A stretch of 64,000 bases of DNA from positions 1-64,000 of the forward strand of contig JALDZS010000047.1 of assembly GCA_022813965.1 (NCBI GenBank). Direction: 5' to 3'. Positions 47,147-59,919 of the stretch are shown here, in pieces. The notes below the pieces were generated by a model. That model was not told the origin of the DNA. It did not search any database and saw nothing but the letters and a program-made list of their open reading frames with translations. A program made the translations under genes and the position numbers. The DNA is from Toensbergia leucococca (Eukaryota). How positions within the stretch are numbered: position 1 is the stretch's first letter; each line of letters begins with the position of its first letter.

Positions 47147-49918
47147 ATGGCTGAAGACGCTTTTCGCGCCGCGCATCCGTGGGGGGAGGAAAGTAGATTG
47201 GGTGAAGAGTGGCAAGCCCAGCAAGGTTTTTCGGACAGCCTACGCATGGATTATATCCGTGGAGTTTCATTACCGTCCCTTTCCAACATGTCTAGACAAT
47301 CACCTCCAATGGACCCCGTCATCTGGAGTGACAGTGGCTGGAGTACGGACGATGACTCCGACGGAGATGGTCAATCACAATCATCCCAAGTACCGAGGCC
47401 AGAGGACTCCCAGGCTTTTCTGACTACCCTGTCAGCGTCTAATTTGATCAGTGAGGACGATGGAAGCCTCCCTACCGACCTGGATCAGGACGATCGCTTT
47501 GTTAACACAGACTTGTACATTTCAAGCTTAGAAAGGATGGAGCGTACTGTCGTGTCGTCTTCTGCCCTGGGACTGTTCACTTCATGGGATTCCCCACGGA
47601 TAAACGAAACGGCCTTTCTCAAGCTCTCCTCCTATGAACCGTTGATCAAGGGACCGGAGCAGCAATGGAAGGATTTTGAAAATCTCGACTCGCAAGCTGT
47701 TACACAGTGCCAAGCACTGATATCGAATGATTCCCAGGCTTCGAAGACCCGCGCACCCAATTCCTCGATTCATTCGACCTCAAACGTGCAGCAGAGTAGA
47801 TTACGTGGGAATGCCTATCTTCTTTTCCACATCTTGGAATGCCGAAATCTACTAGTGAAGGTCAATCAGAACATTGCGACGATGCACAATGAACGCTACT
47901 GTACCCAAGCCATTACTCTACTGGTATTGGATCGCAATCGGCACGGAGTTGCAAACCTCGTTGAAGTTAAGCTTGAAAGAATTTTTGATCTTACCATGAA
48001 GGTGAACTCGATCTTAATCAGTCTCATTGAGCGATGCGTTAACGGACAAATCTTGAGTGTGGACCAACCAGAAAAGATCTTATCTCTAGATTTTCTTCAT
48101 ACATTTCTCAAAGAGCTTGGACTTGACATAGCGTACCATGGAACGCCAGTAGGACCAGTCAAATTTCGGATAGCAGCGACCTTGATTCGAAATGTTGCCC
48201 ATCTTCTAGACTTTGCCGTCATCTCATATGCGGGCGCTCACCTGGAATCATTCGATAGACTATGCTCGAAGCCATCATCCACTTCCATAGAGCATATCTT
48301 TATGGACTCAATGATACAGAATCATATGGGAAAGAGGATTGGGCTCCAGAGGAGACCACTCAGATGTTTAGGTGGATTTTTGCGAGGATCAAAGCCGTGG
48401 ATATTCTCGGTAGAGGATATTAAGTTCTCTGAGACAGAAGAGTTGTTCCTATCGACTACTATGGAAGCATTTAGTGATATATGGGGTCCGGTCTGGAAAC
48501 AAATTGCTTTAATTGATGGACAAGACATCATTGAGAAGTACAACGTGGGGTCTGGCTCCATAACGCTGTGTCGTCCTGGTACCGAGTTTGGGCCACCGAA
48601 ATTACCAGAAGAAGCTTTATGCCATTGGTCAGACAGAGTGTCTATGCAAGAAAATTCTCCTACATTCCCACCATTTATCGTACAGCCTGCGAGACTTCTT
48701 ATAGGCGCATCTACAGATTCAGGTTTATTTACAAATTCTGACTGTCCAAGGAAATTGAGTGAAAACCCCTCGAGAGGAGGGGATTATCGTCCATTAGGCT
48801 TGAAGACTGCCGGAAAATACCGAGAAAGTGAAACGATTCAGGTGTCTCTGTCCGGGTTCGGACTTTCGACTGCATATATGAGACAGTATAAACGTCGATC
48901 AGGCGTGACATGGAAGGAAGAGTTTGTAGAAAGGTGGCAGATGGAACCGGAGCGGAGAAATCCAAGAGTACTTGAGAGCTGGGGTGGTGTCGAGATCAGT
49001 CACTGCACGCGCAATGCTCGAAGGCGAAGATTGCTTGACATTCTGAAGTCAGACGCTGCTCTTGACCTTCTCCGGGAAGGACTTTTCGTCTGGGCATCTC
49101 CGGAGTGCGAGCGAGGCTATTTGGAAGCCTTGGAAAGTGATGATCCGAAGGCTTTCTCAAAGTTATATGAGCGTGAGCGAGAATGGAGGAAAGACCTGGG
49201 CCGAGCTGTCGCTTGGTGTTTCTCTACGCTGCGTGATACTGGCCTGAGCCGTCAAGGTGACTTCTTAGCTCTTTCTACCCACAACGGATCATCCAGGGCT
49301 ATGGCAAGGGTCTTGAGTTCAAAAGTGCATACCTGGGTGGGGCTCCTAGCTGACACTAACCGCGTCGCGACCATGGCTGTCATTATAGCCTCGTGTCTAG
49401 AATTCCATCGGAAGAAGGGACAGAGGTGTTCTGTGACGCATGAAACTCTCGACAAGTATAGCGTCTTGGAGACGGCAATAGACATTCAACAGTCTGCCTC
49501 TGACATCAACATGGAACAAGTGTCGGGGCGAAGCATTGATCAGATATCACTTGGTGCTATGGGAAAACTCAAGGTGCTAAGAAGTCTTCGGACGGGCCAC
49601 CTACTGACCTATTGGAAGCCGCGTCTCCTGCCAAATTTTGCAGCTGATATGAGAAGCCGATTCGGGGTAAAGCTTGACTCGCAAGATCAGGGCACTGTTA
49701 CCGGTCAAGAGCACCAGGAAGACCTTGAAGTCACATGCGCGACAGTACACGTAATGATTGTGTCCTGGAGGACAAATTGGACTTGGACTCCATTCACACC
49801 CAGTGACCGTAGACCTTGTCCTCCTCGCTACACTTCCGATATGCTGCAACCGTATGGAGAAATGCTCAACAACACATCTGCTTCAACGCCTTCATCATCT
49901 GGGGTCAACTGCCCGTAG
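47147..49918 (+). CDS. Large hypothetical protein (~920 aa; C-terminus may be spliced)
   Basis: Long uninterrupted ORF, likely start MAEDAF. Segments such as FSDIWGP and GVEISHCTRNARRRRL look like a fungal hypothetical-protein family I cannot name. Confidence 0.65.
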   Translation: MAEDAFRAAHPWGEESRLGEEWQAQQGFSDSLRMDYIRGVSLPSLSNMSRQSPPMDPVIWSDSGWSTDDDSDGDGQSQSSQVPRPEDSQAFLTTLSASNLISEDDGSLPTDLDQDDRFVNTDLYISSLERMERTVVSSSALGLFTSWDSPRINETAFLKLSSYEPLIKGPEQQWKDFENLDSQAVTQCQALISNDSQASKTRAPNSSIHSTSNVQQSRLRGNAYLLFHILECRNLLVKVNQNIATMHNERYCTQAITLLVLDRNRHGVANLVEVKLERIFDLTMKVNSILISLIERCVNGQILSVDQPEKILSLDFLHTFLKELGLDIAYHGTPVGPVKFRIAATLIRNVAHLLDFAVISYAGAHLESFDRLCSKPSSTSIEHIFMDSMIQNHMGKRIGLQRRPLRCLGGFLRGSKPWIFSVEDIKFSETEELFLSTTMEAFSDIWGPVWKQIALIDGQDIIEKYNVGSGSITLCRPGTEFGPPKLPEEALCHWSDRVSMQENSPTFPPFIVQPARLLIGASTDSGLFTNSDCPRKLSENPSRGGDYRPLGLKTAGKYRESETIQVSLSGFGLSTAYMRQYKRRSGVTWKEEFVERWQMEPERRNPRVLESWGGVEISHCTRNARRRRLLDILKSDAALDLLREGLFVWASPECERGYLEALESDDPKAFSKLYEREREWRKDLGRAVAWCFSTLRDTGLSRQGDFLALSTHNGSSRAMARVLSSKVHTWVGLLADTNRVATMAVIIASCLEFHRKKGQRCSVTHETLDKYSVLETAIDIQQSASDINMEQVSGRSIDQISLGAMGKLKVLRSLRTGHLLTYWKPRLLPNFAADMRSRFGVKLDSQDQGTVTGQEHQEDLEVTCATVHVMIVSWRTNWTWTPFTPSDRRPCPPRYTSDMLQPYGEMLNNTSASTPSSSGVNCP

Positions 49919-50639
49919 CCTTCTTATCAACAGCCTGCTCTATTTGATCCGACTCCTCCTGCACGATACACCTTTGATTAAGATCCTGAATACTGGAGGT
50001 GACAGAATCATCGTCGCTCAGCTCTACACTTCAACGAACTTGCATCATTTGCAACGCGGACGATTCTCTACGATGATATTATCCGCAAAGAGCCCGTTCA
50101 ACCTGCAACGGGGTTTGAGCCAGGCTCCTTCACTAATCGTCTCATTAAAGCTTGTTACTGCGTGAGCGGGGGCGAGAAATGATAATCTTAAATTAGCCCA
50201 GAGTTTGATCATGAAAACTGAATCAAATCGGACTCGGCTCGTACCTAGCGGAGCCATTGAATTGGATCACGTAACCCACAACAGCCCATTCTGGCAGTCA
50301 ATTCTACTCGGACCTCATAAACATGTCGCATGCTCCGCCATTTCATTAGACGTTGAATCAGTCACAACTGTTAACATGAGCTCCTCACCTATTTTTTGCG
50401 TAGGGAAACATGACATTTTGGCACCACATTTTGGACTCGATGCTCTTACCAGCTCCTCCTTACCTCCCCGTAAGGAGATGGATAGGGCTGGCGAGTTGGA
50501 AGGGTGGTGGAGGACGTCGCCATCTAGATTGATGGCGGACTATATCAGGCCGTCAAAGCGTGGGGAGAAAAGCACAGTGATCAGCCTTGAGAACCAGTTT
50601 ATCTAGGCTAGCGCTGTCAGAGAGGTGAGGCTTTTGTCT

Positions 50640-51240
50640 CAAAAGAGAGTGTTGCTTGGAAATGCTTTCCCTTTATAGTTTGTAGACTTCAGGGTTTTTG
50701 ATATGTTTTTCTTTTCAAGTTGAAAGGGGTGAGGGTTTGAGAAAGGGGTGGTTTTTTCATGACTGATCATTTTGATGATTTTCTTGACTGTTTTTTCTTT
50801 CTTTGTTTTTTCTTTTTTTCTTCTCTTCTTTTTTTTTTCTTTTATTGTAGAAGAGGAGCTTATTAGCTCTTTCAATATTCTGACACTTTCTTTTCATACA
50901 ATGACATACTCTCTCTCTTCTTAAGTTTAGTATCAGGGCGCAAAATAGCATGAAGAGCATTATCTTTTTACATCACATGTGCAACTCAATTCTCTCACTA
51001 CTCTTGTGAGCTATCTATCTCTTGATTTCACATATCATTTAGTAAAACTATGTCTAGAAATTCATCATGATTTATACACCTTATTTCTGACTTCAATGCT
51101 TCCTTCTTACCTTTAAAGAGTTACAAGACAATGAAGTCAAAGTTAAAGCTATGATAAACAGCTGTTGTATGCATTAAGAGACATACAACGGTTGAGAGAC
51201 CTACAACAGTTGAAAAAGAGAGATGACTGAATTCATGAAA
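50640..51240. mobile_element. AT-rich, probably RIP-degraded transposon relic
   Basis: Abrupt AT enrichment. 51121-51165 translates LQDNEVKVKAMINSC, resembling a retroviral-type protease A(M/L)IDSG motif with G>A decay. Confidence 0.35.
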
Positions 51241-51979
51241 TACCATGGGCTGAACATTGACGCGTGTTTCAGCTAGTACAACGTGAAAATTGAAAACAAG
51301 TGTTCAGCGTGGGGGCCATCACGTGGTATTATTGGTATTATTGGATGGTGATAAGGTAAAATACGAGTGGCTTAAGCGAGGAGATTACACAAAATAGTCA
51401 GTAAGAGACATGGGCCTTGCATGTTCATCATACTAGTTGCCAAGTTATATTGATCTTTCAGGATATCCTCCATTTCCTCATCCTGCTTTCCCGAGTCCCC
51501 TGTCTTTCACATTCCTGGCATAGGCCCAACGAAGGATGCACCCTGTGGTCAAAGTAGGCCTACCGATGACATGGTCCCACAGAGGAAAGGTAGACTCGAA
51601 TCTTTAGTTTGCTCTAGACCTCCTGACCCCGTGGGAGGACCTGCCATCGTGGTTCAGGAGGGCAATAATCTAGCTTGATGGCCGTCACCCTATATTACAG
51701 CCTTTTCGATGAGCTGTCAAAAATGTGGAATATAGTAGTCCACCGAGGTCTGATGAGAAGGCCACCGTTCCTACCATCTCCGAGTGCTTTTCTAAGCCCA
51801 TTTGACAATGAACACATGGTGAACGTTCTTTCACCAAATCCTTTGGTCCTTGAAATGTGCACCTTTCTCCCCCTAACATAATGAACTGGCTATGACATAG
51901 CTCCGTCTTCTTCTCAGTACTTGGTCTATCATACTTTCCCAGCTTGGTGGAATGAAACTCACCTAGATATTGAAGCCTT

Positions 51980-53283
51980 TTAGCTATCAACAGAGGGCGA
52001 AGGATTTGGTGCGGGATCCGATGTAACCACAGTGGTCGTAGTCTGGTTGATTACCATTCTCTCCTGCGACCCATACCGTTCCAGTCCTCGAAGCTCTACG
52101 TCGTTGTGTTTTCCAGCTGTAATCTTCGAAATGTATTCGGTATTTCCAGAGTTCTGTGACCTGCCCCAGCCATAAAGGTTCCGTTTCTCGAATCCTCTAT
52201 CACCCAACACACCAAATGAGTTTATCTTGTCCTTGACGTTGCCTGAGTCTTCCCGAAGTCGGATATCGTTAGAGATAAGACCGATTGCGAGTGCGTCTAC
52301 CAAAGGCTTCAGGAAAGGTAGACAGCTTGCAATGATGCTGTAATTGGTGTGTATTTCCGTAACGAGGGCAGCATCAAAGGAGTCAAGTGTTACGTCGGAG
52401 GAATCCGAGGCTTGGGAAAGGTATACAAGGCGTAGAATGGAAAGCGGAATCGTTCTGTCCCTGGTCAGTGGAAAAGCATTGGAAAGGCAAGGTAGCATAC
52501 GTAAGACATGGTATAAATGCTGACATTGCAAGGCGCTTTTTCGCGACGGGAAGCTGAAGATTAGAGAATAGATATATGGGCGCTAACGCTATCAAAATCT
52601 GGGTGATGATATCAACGGCTCCATTCGCTATCCAGAAAGCGAACTAAATAATATGAGCCTACGTACGTCTTCCCACGAAGCTGGACAACATACCAAGTGA
52701 AAACAATGCCCGGAAGCTTGGTTCCACGTATACGGAACATTGCATTGAAAGCTTAAGCATAGGATTGCTGTCACGAGCCAGAGAGCGATGAAGCACATGG
52801 TCAGTCTCACAACAGTCTGTTTCAAGCTCGGTCGAGTCAAGGTGATTATGATGTTTAATTCGGCCACCTTGGCTAAATATATAGTGAGAACATAGAGAAT
52901 TTGAGAGGCGTATGTTGCCTGGAGGAACAGCGATTAGAAACATTGCATCCCTTGTAGCTAAGATACTCACTTTCTGATAATGATCAAATTGCTGGGCTGA
53001 TAGGGTATTTTCGGGTTGACCCAATCCAGACTCGACTTGTATCGATGCAGCGATACATTGAGCGATAGCTGCCAACTAGATGGGTATCAGTATATCGATG
53101 TGCATCAAATGACCAGAGATTTACTGCTCCGAGTATCATATAAATGTCGTCCTTTTGAAACTTTCGTACGAGGCTCCATTTCGTAGTGACTTTGCTGATG
53201 ACTAGGAATATCATTGTAATCAGAGTGATCCAAGCAGCGACGTTGATCAGTGGTCCGCGATGTGTCGCGTCCACGCGGGGCAT
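51980..53283 (-). CDS. PTH11-like / rhodopsin-domain integral membrane protein, multi-exon
   Basis: KWSLVRKFQKDD, GLG, LSFQC..P..W.....C, DIITQI..ALAP, ILRLVYL and NYSIIASCLPFLKP motifs across exons. Confidence 0.8.
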
Positions 53284-54941
53284 ATTGAAGGGATTTGGGA
53301 CTGACTGGGCGGTCCAGTTCAAAGGACAAGGAATGAAATATCAAGAAGTGAGCATTGGTGTCTGGGGTAAAATTGAGATGAACGGTGCGGAATGCTGCCG
53401 CCCATGCTCTCGTGTCCCAATGTTTGAGCTCAATGGTGAGAGACTGTCCTGACCATGATACAGGGCCGCAGCACGTGGCGGATTGTCAATCACGGCAACA
53501 GGTACACTGGCACGCTGGCTTCGGTAAGTGGAGATCCTTGGAGCTTACTTAGTCTCTAACCTTGATAACTCACGTATCACTGGATACAATCCTTCAATGT
53601 AGAGTCCAACCAATGAGGGCTTCTCATGCTTCTCATGCAGTATGCAGGAGGCTGGGATCGACCGAAGCGAAGAAAGTGGCGTAAACATGGTGTGACTTCG
53701 GCCAGTAAGAGCGGGAGAGTGGTACGAATGTTGTGGATGGTGGATTGTGGATTATGGATTGTGGAAAGTGAAACTAGAGACTAGTCATCGTTCAAGTAAA
53801 GTAGGAGTAGAAAATGGCAATGTACGCAATTACTAGAATACTTACATTACTTACCCCAAATTACGTGACTTCATTATCTCATGTGATACCAAATGGTTTG
53901 AATCAATACATAGGGCTAAGTGAATCATGTGATCCTGGAAGTGCAACAAATACTTTTCACTTTTCCTATTCAATGGCCCATCATTTGAACAGCATCATCC
54001 CTCCTCTTCAGTCGCGTCTTTCATTCATGTTTACTCCGTACCCTTGCATACTTCCCCAACACCCTCGCTTATGATGACTTGACTCTTCGGTACTGAGGCT
54101 GCTCAAGATGGTAAGATTGGTAAAAGCCCTGTAGAAATCAAATTGGGGCTAGGTATCCGTACCCCATACCTTGCTCGCTTGCTCACAGGGGATCAAGATA
54201 CCTTATGGGCTCATTGCGTATTGGATAAGCGAGATAAGGTACCACGGGTACCTATCTTCAGGCGGGACCTGCCCCCACCCTCCGAGCGCTATATACCTAC
54301 CGAGGTACTCTAGAGTTTGGTCGGTTGAAACGGAACGTGATGGTAATATTTACTTTGTCTTCTTTCAGCGTGGTAGCGTGGGTAATAGGTAATGCTAGGG
54401 ATGGATTACGGATTCAGGATTCCGGCAGCATCGGGAGATATGCACTGGGGAACGGTGGGGTCCAGGAGATGATCGATTGATTACTGGTGGGAAATGGGAA
54501 ATGGGAAACGGGAAACGGGAAATAGGCATGACTATTCCCCGTCCGGCTAAGTTGAACATGTACCTCGATTCCTTCCACCACCTCGCTTCAAGCTCCTCGA
54601 ACGCCTGTGGGAACGACGTGCTGCTTAGGGAGGTCAGGGAGGCTTGTCTAACGCTGCAGGTCACACACTACACTACTGCACTATCATGGCCCCTCGGCAC
54701 CACTCTCCATTTACCCTCTCATCGATACACATATCTTCCCGCCCCCAATGTTGCTCCTCGGTGACGGGATCCCACCCCTGACTTACTTGGGATCCAGCAA
54801 TTTGCGCTCACGGCCAACGTGGAAATTCATCACTGGGGGGACAACTCGCACTGTACAGCTCGACAACGGGACCTTGGCCGAGGCTCAATTGGCATATCGA
54901 TCTCTGAACCTCTCTTGATCGCTGATAATATCCATCGAAAA

Positions 54942-57180
54942 ATGGACGTCGAGCTTGCCAAGATTCCCACTTCTCCAAACAAAAGCCCCAGGATAAGGAC
55001 GGCCATTATACCAAGTCCGCGAACCTTCTCTCAGGATGAAATCGTATTGGCCCGCTTTGGGAAACGACAGCAGCTCAAAGTCAGTACCCATTTAGATGCC
55101 ATTCTAAACCACTCTCGCGAACAACATCGCTAATTTTTGTTTCACAGCGGCGATTTGGCCTCCTGTCTGTCATTGGTCTTACGAGCACTTTGATGATCAC
55201 CTGGGAAGGCATTACCGCGTCAGTATAACTTGCCCCTCGTCCTTGGCGAAAGACCCGGAAGCTGAGTGCCGCGTGCAATAGGACTTTGCTGAATGGTCTA
55301 CAAAATGGGGGTCCGGCGGGCTTGATCTATGGCTATCTGTTTGTTTGGGCCGGCTCAATAATGCAGGCGCTTGTCATGGCTGAAATGGCTTCAATGTAAG
55401 TTCTTTTTTTTTTTAGCCACTTGATGTTGTACGATGCTGGAGGGGCACTTTTTGTGCCAGTCCTTTCGAGATTGAGATCTGGGCGACTATTTGTTGGTAT
55501 TGAAGGCGTGGCTTATAGAGTCTATCATGCTTTACTTACTGGCTCTTCCTCACTCAACTGAAATGTACTCCAATGACTAACTAATCGCGATTGGCTAGGA
55601 TTCCGTTGGCTGGCGGTCCCTTCAATTGGGTAGCGGTCCTTTCGCCGCCATGGTGCAAAAAGTTTCTCAGTTACGTGGCAGGGTGGTTGACAGTCATCGC
55701 ATATCAATCTTTAGTCGCGGGTTCTGCCTTCGTCTCGGGAACATTGATACAAGGGCTTCTGATATTGAATTATCCGAGTTATGTGCCTCAGAGATGGCAT
55801 GCAACTCTTTTATTCTATGCCGTACTGACCTTTGCTCTGTTCGTCAACACATATCTTGGTCGCCTTCTCCCACAGATTGAATCCATGATGCTTTTTTTTC
55901 ACATTCTGGGATTCTTTGGAGTCTTGGTGCCCCTTGTTTATCTGTCTCCTCATCAACCGGCCAGTGAAGTCTTTGGTACTTTTCTAAATGTAGGCGATTG
56001 GAGTTCCACTGGATTAGCAATTTTTGTCGGCCTCGTCACTTGCTCCGGTGCCTTTGTTGGTGAGTGCGAAATAAACTGTTTGTCATGTACTTTCTTGGCT
56101 AACGGGATGTAGGTCTTGATGGAGCTGATCACGTAGGCAAGTGTTAACCATACCAGGCCCATACCGTTCCCAGATTTGGATTTGACCTGACTTTTGAAAC
56201 AGCCGAAGAGATTTTGAATGCACAGAAGATAATACCTCTTAGCATGGGATTAGCTAACGTATTGAATGGGACTCTGGGTTTCGCCATGTTGATCGCACTT
56301 CTTTTCTGCATGCCAAGCGATATTTCGTCAGTACTGGATGCTGATACCTATTACCCTTTCATGAGTATATACACATATGCCGTGGGGTCCAATGCTGGTG
56401 GTACAGCGCTGGTAAGCCTCCTGCTCAATTGCCTTTTGCATGATGATTCGTTGGGCCTTTTGTAGAAATATGGACACTTGAGTTCCCTTTTGTCATATTA
56501 GCGCTAGTACTTCAATTCCAGCTCTCCAGACTAACAGATCCAGGCATGTATCGTTGTCGTCACTCAGATATTTGCTTCTGTGGGTATCCTCGCAACCGCT
56601 TCACGCATGCTGTGGGCATTTGCCCGCGAAGAGGGACTCCCATTTTCCCGTTACATTGCAAAGGTACACTTTCGATCAAAGCTCAAACCTGCCCCAAAAA
56701 GTAATATCATGTTACTCATCACAAAACTCCCAGGTCGATCAAAACACGCTTCTACCGCTCTACGCCATCGGAACGACAACGGTCATCAATCTTCTCCTGG
56801 CATTGATCAACATTGGATCCACCGTCGGCTTCGGCGCTTTCATCTCCCTCATCGTCGTCAGCTACGTTTCCTCGTTCATGCTCGCGGCTGCGGTCATGCT
56901 GAACAAGCGCCTCACCACTCCGGCGGCGGCGATCCCGTGGGGACCCTTTAAGCTCGGTCGCGCCGGCGTCCCCGTCACCGTCTTGGCACTGGCTTACTCG
57001 CTCCTCGTCGGGTTTTTCTCCATGTGGCCCACGGAGGTGAATCCGAGTCTGGAGGCCATGAATTACTGCGTTTTGGTCTTTGGGGGTGCTTTGATTTTCG
57101 CGGGACTTTTTTGGCTGTTTTATGGGCGGAAGGTTTATACGGGTCCGGTTTTGGAGATTGGATCTGTGCAGGATCGTTGA
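54942..57180 (+). CDS. APC-superfamily amino acid / choline / GABA permease, multi-exon
   Basis: LARFGKRQQLK|RRFGLLS, NGGPAGLIYG, MAEMAS|IPLAGG, SYVAGW, SRMLWAFAREEGLPFS, GPFKLG and MNYC motifs. Confidence 0.9.
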
Positions 57181-58434
57181 TTTGGGGGGGGGGTCCGTTT
57201 TCTGGACTGGAAATGGTATCTTTCTGAGGAGAGGATTGGTTGGAGCGGCTTCTTGGCTTTTTTTGGGGTGGGTTTTTCTTTTTCAAAATATTTGTCCGGG
57301 GGTTTGTTTTTTGTATGTTTTGCAACTTATATGCACATAGAAGGGATGAATGTCATATATAGTAGAGTGATACAGATAGGAAGGTAAGTATTCAATTTTC
57401 CAGACATGGTTCTTATTTCTATTCCTTCAACACTGCCTATTCTCTTACCTTCAATCCCCTCATTCTCCTTAAATCATGAACAGGCAGAGCAGATGCACAA
57501 ACTTTTGCAAGTGAAAGTGATGAGGAAATAAAAGACTTTGTGTAAGTGTATAATTTCCCGCTTCTTTGGTTTTGGGGCTGTATGGAAACGCTCATTCTTT
57601 GCTTGGTTACTTGGTATTTCAAAAAGTATGGAGAGGAAGTAGACTCTTTACTCGTTTTGTATCAAAGAGCTTAACTTAATCAATGATACTGTCGATAGTA
57701 GAGGGGCTAAGGTGGACGAGTCAGTCCTTGAGAAACAGAGCTTGGAGATTGGAGGGAAACATGCGTTTTGGGCTTCGTTGACACTTGATTTTGAAAATAG
57801 GCGGAAGTGTAGACGCAGAGCTTTCTGAACCTCATGATTGTGTTTCGAGACCTTACACATCACACTAAAGTGTGTGGATGGAGTGAAATGACATAATCGT
57901 TATTGTGACAGTGTGGGCTTTGGTGTGATATTCCGAGGGGATTTGAAATAGTATGTACGTTTTGGCGGGGAGATGCACGTTGATGCGGACATGGAAGATA
58001 CGGGAGCCCATGATCAGGATGATACTAAAATTCAGTAACGGTATATGGAAGGGCTCCGTTGCCTTTCCATAATGTTAGTAATTGAATCTATAAAGAATTC
58101 TCCAACATTCGGAGAACTTACGAGCTAAATTGGCCGCGGATAGATATGTATTCTTCCGAAAGGGTGATTACACCCGAGACATCTGTACCGGGCTTTGGTT
58201 ATCGAGGAACTTTGTACAGTAGGCTGGAGGTTCTCAGTCAAGTGGGTGGAGTAGGTCTGGTGGCTTTTGAGGATTGAGGGGGCGATGATAGCGGTGAGGG
58301 TACTCGACGCTGGCAGCGTTGGAACTGGAGCTGTATCTTCCATTCAAAGGCTTTCGAACATCTGCTGACTTGTTCCTCTTACGATCAGGTCTGTAGAGCT
58401 TTTGTCTAAAACTTTGGAATCGTTCTAGACATTA

Positions 58435-59919
58435 TCAAGAATAGGCAACATCATCATCTCCCTTTGTTCCTGGATCAGCTTTGGAATTAAGCATGCCCTT
58501 TCCCCAGCGCTTCTCACACCACAGCAGTATCTCAGATCTCTTATGCCCTTTCTTGTCAGATTTGGGCTGAGACTTCCGCCACGGTGCAAGATGCACCTTT
58601 AGCCCCGATTCCTTCTCGAATCTTCGAGGGCAGAAAGGGCATTTGATCATCTCGCCGTCGTCATCTTCGTCCCCGAGTCCCTCCCTCTTCCTCTTCTTAT
58701 CCCTTCGTTCCGCCGGCGTAGGGGCAGGTATCATGGCGTTGAGGTTCGCCATATTCTCCGGTATCGCGTGTACGAAGGAGAGGCGCTCACCGTCATATGG
58801 GGAGACAGCATGTTCTAGAAGTCTTGATCTTAAGAACATAACATCGCCGTCTCGCATAGCGTACTGTCTCTTGAATTGTTTAATGACGATGTTTCCGCCA
58901 TTTTTGAACGAGCCTGAGCATGTCATTGCGACCATAACAGAGAGCAAGTCATACTTATCCCGATGCGGACTCACACGAGCGCTCACAAGTGTTGGGTGAT
59001 AAACCCAACATGCTCTCTCTGTCCGCTTCAACCCAGCAAGGGAAGTATTATTGACCCAATGCTCGTATATTTGTTTATTATACGCGTATTGAGCTGGGTC
59101 ATAGGCCAGGAAAATTTGCCCGAGCGTCTGATGATATGGAGCCATCCGTTGGTACCAGTGATTCACGGATTCCCCCTTCTCGGTATCAGGATATGATTCA
59201 TTTGACAATGCTGGTCTTTGTGTCTGATGTCCTTTGGGTCTGCTATAATGTCAGCACTGTTGTAAATGTATCGGGTTTCTTGATTGAACAGACCGCCGCA
59301 CGCCAAGATGCCAAACTCCATGCGTTTGACCAAGTGCATCCAGTCTGTCCCGCTCTGCCTCATGATCTATATGACGCTCATCGGTACTTTGCGGTAGTGG
59401 AGGAGGGTACTCCTCGGCAAGGTACGTTCGAGTAGCGTCGGAAGGGATGTTGAGAAGATCAGCTGTTTTCTCTGAAGACCAAGGCCATGTCATTGCTCTC
59501 TTAGCAAAAAGCATGAGCGGAATGCCATCTTTGTCGACTTGAAATTCATGATTGTCGATGATGGGAAATTCTGTATTAAATCTCTCCATCTCCTCTGGAG
59601 TACTAGACTCGTGGAAAGCGGGGACGCCCGCAAGCTCCGCCTCCGTCGTACCGCAGGTGATTGGCGACTTAAGAATCTTATTGATATTTTGCCTGACACG
59701 AGTATACCAGCCTTCCTCTTCGCGCCACTCATGATGGAGATATGGTGGGCGTTGTTCTTCTAAGAAACGAGAGGACGCAGATGTGTCACGAGCCGGCAAG
59801 ACATCAAGCATCTTCTGAAATCCTGAGCTTGGTACACAATAATCATCCAAGCCTTGTACCTCGTTGTCAGCAATTATTAGGGCACCATCTCCACAGACCG
59901 GAGGAGTCTCTGGATTCAT
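58435..59919 (-). CDS. TET/JBP-like 2OG-Fe(II) dioxygenase with a C-terminal C2H2-like zinc finger; 2 exons (intron ~59293-59240)
   Basis: HxD (PHRD), GG..V, GDV.F, distal H (LEHAV) and R (ERLSFV) in TET/JBP-type spacing, then CPFCPRRFEKESGLKVHL. A predicted intron GTCTGT...TGCTGAC...TAG/CAG joins GVWHLGVRR to PKGHQ in frame. Confidence 0.75.

Noticed and set aside
24900..51250. Starship element
   Set aside because: No tyrosine-recombinase captain or typical auxiliary genes recognised in the window; a larger enclosing element cannot be excluded.
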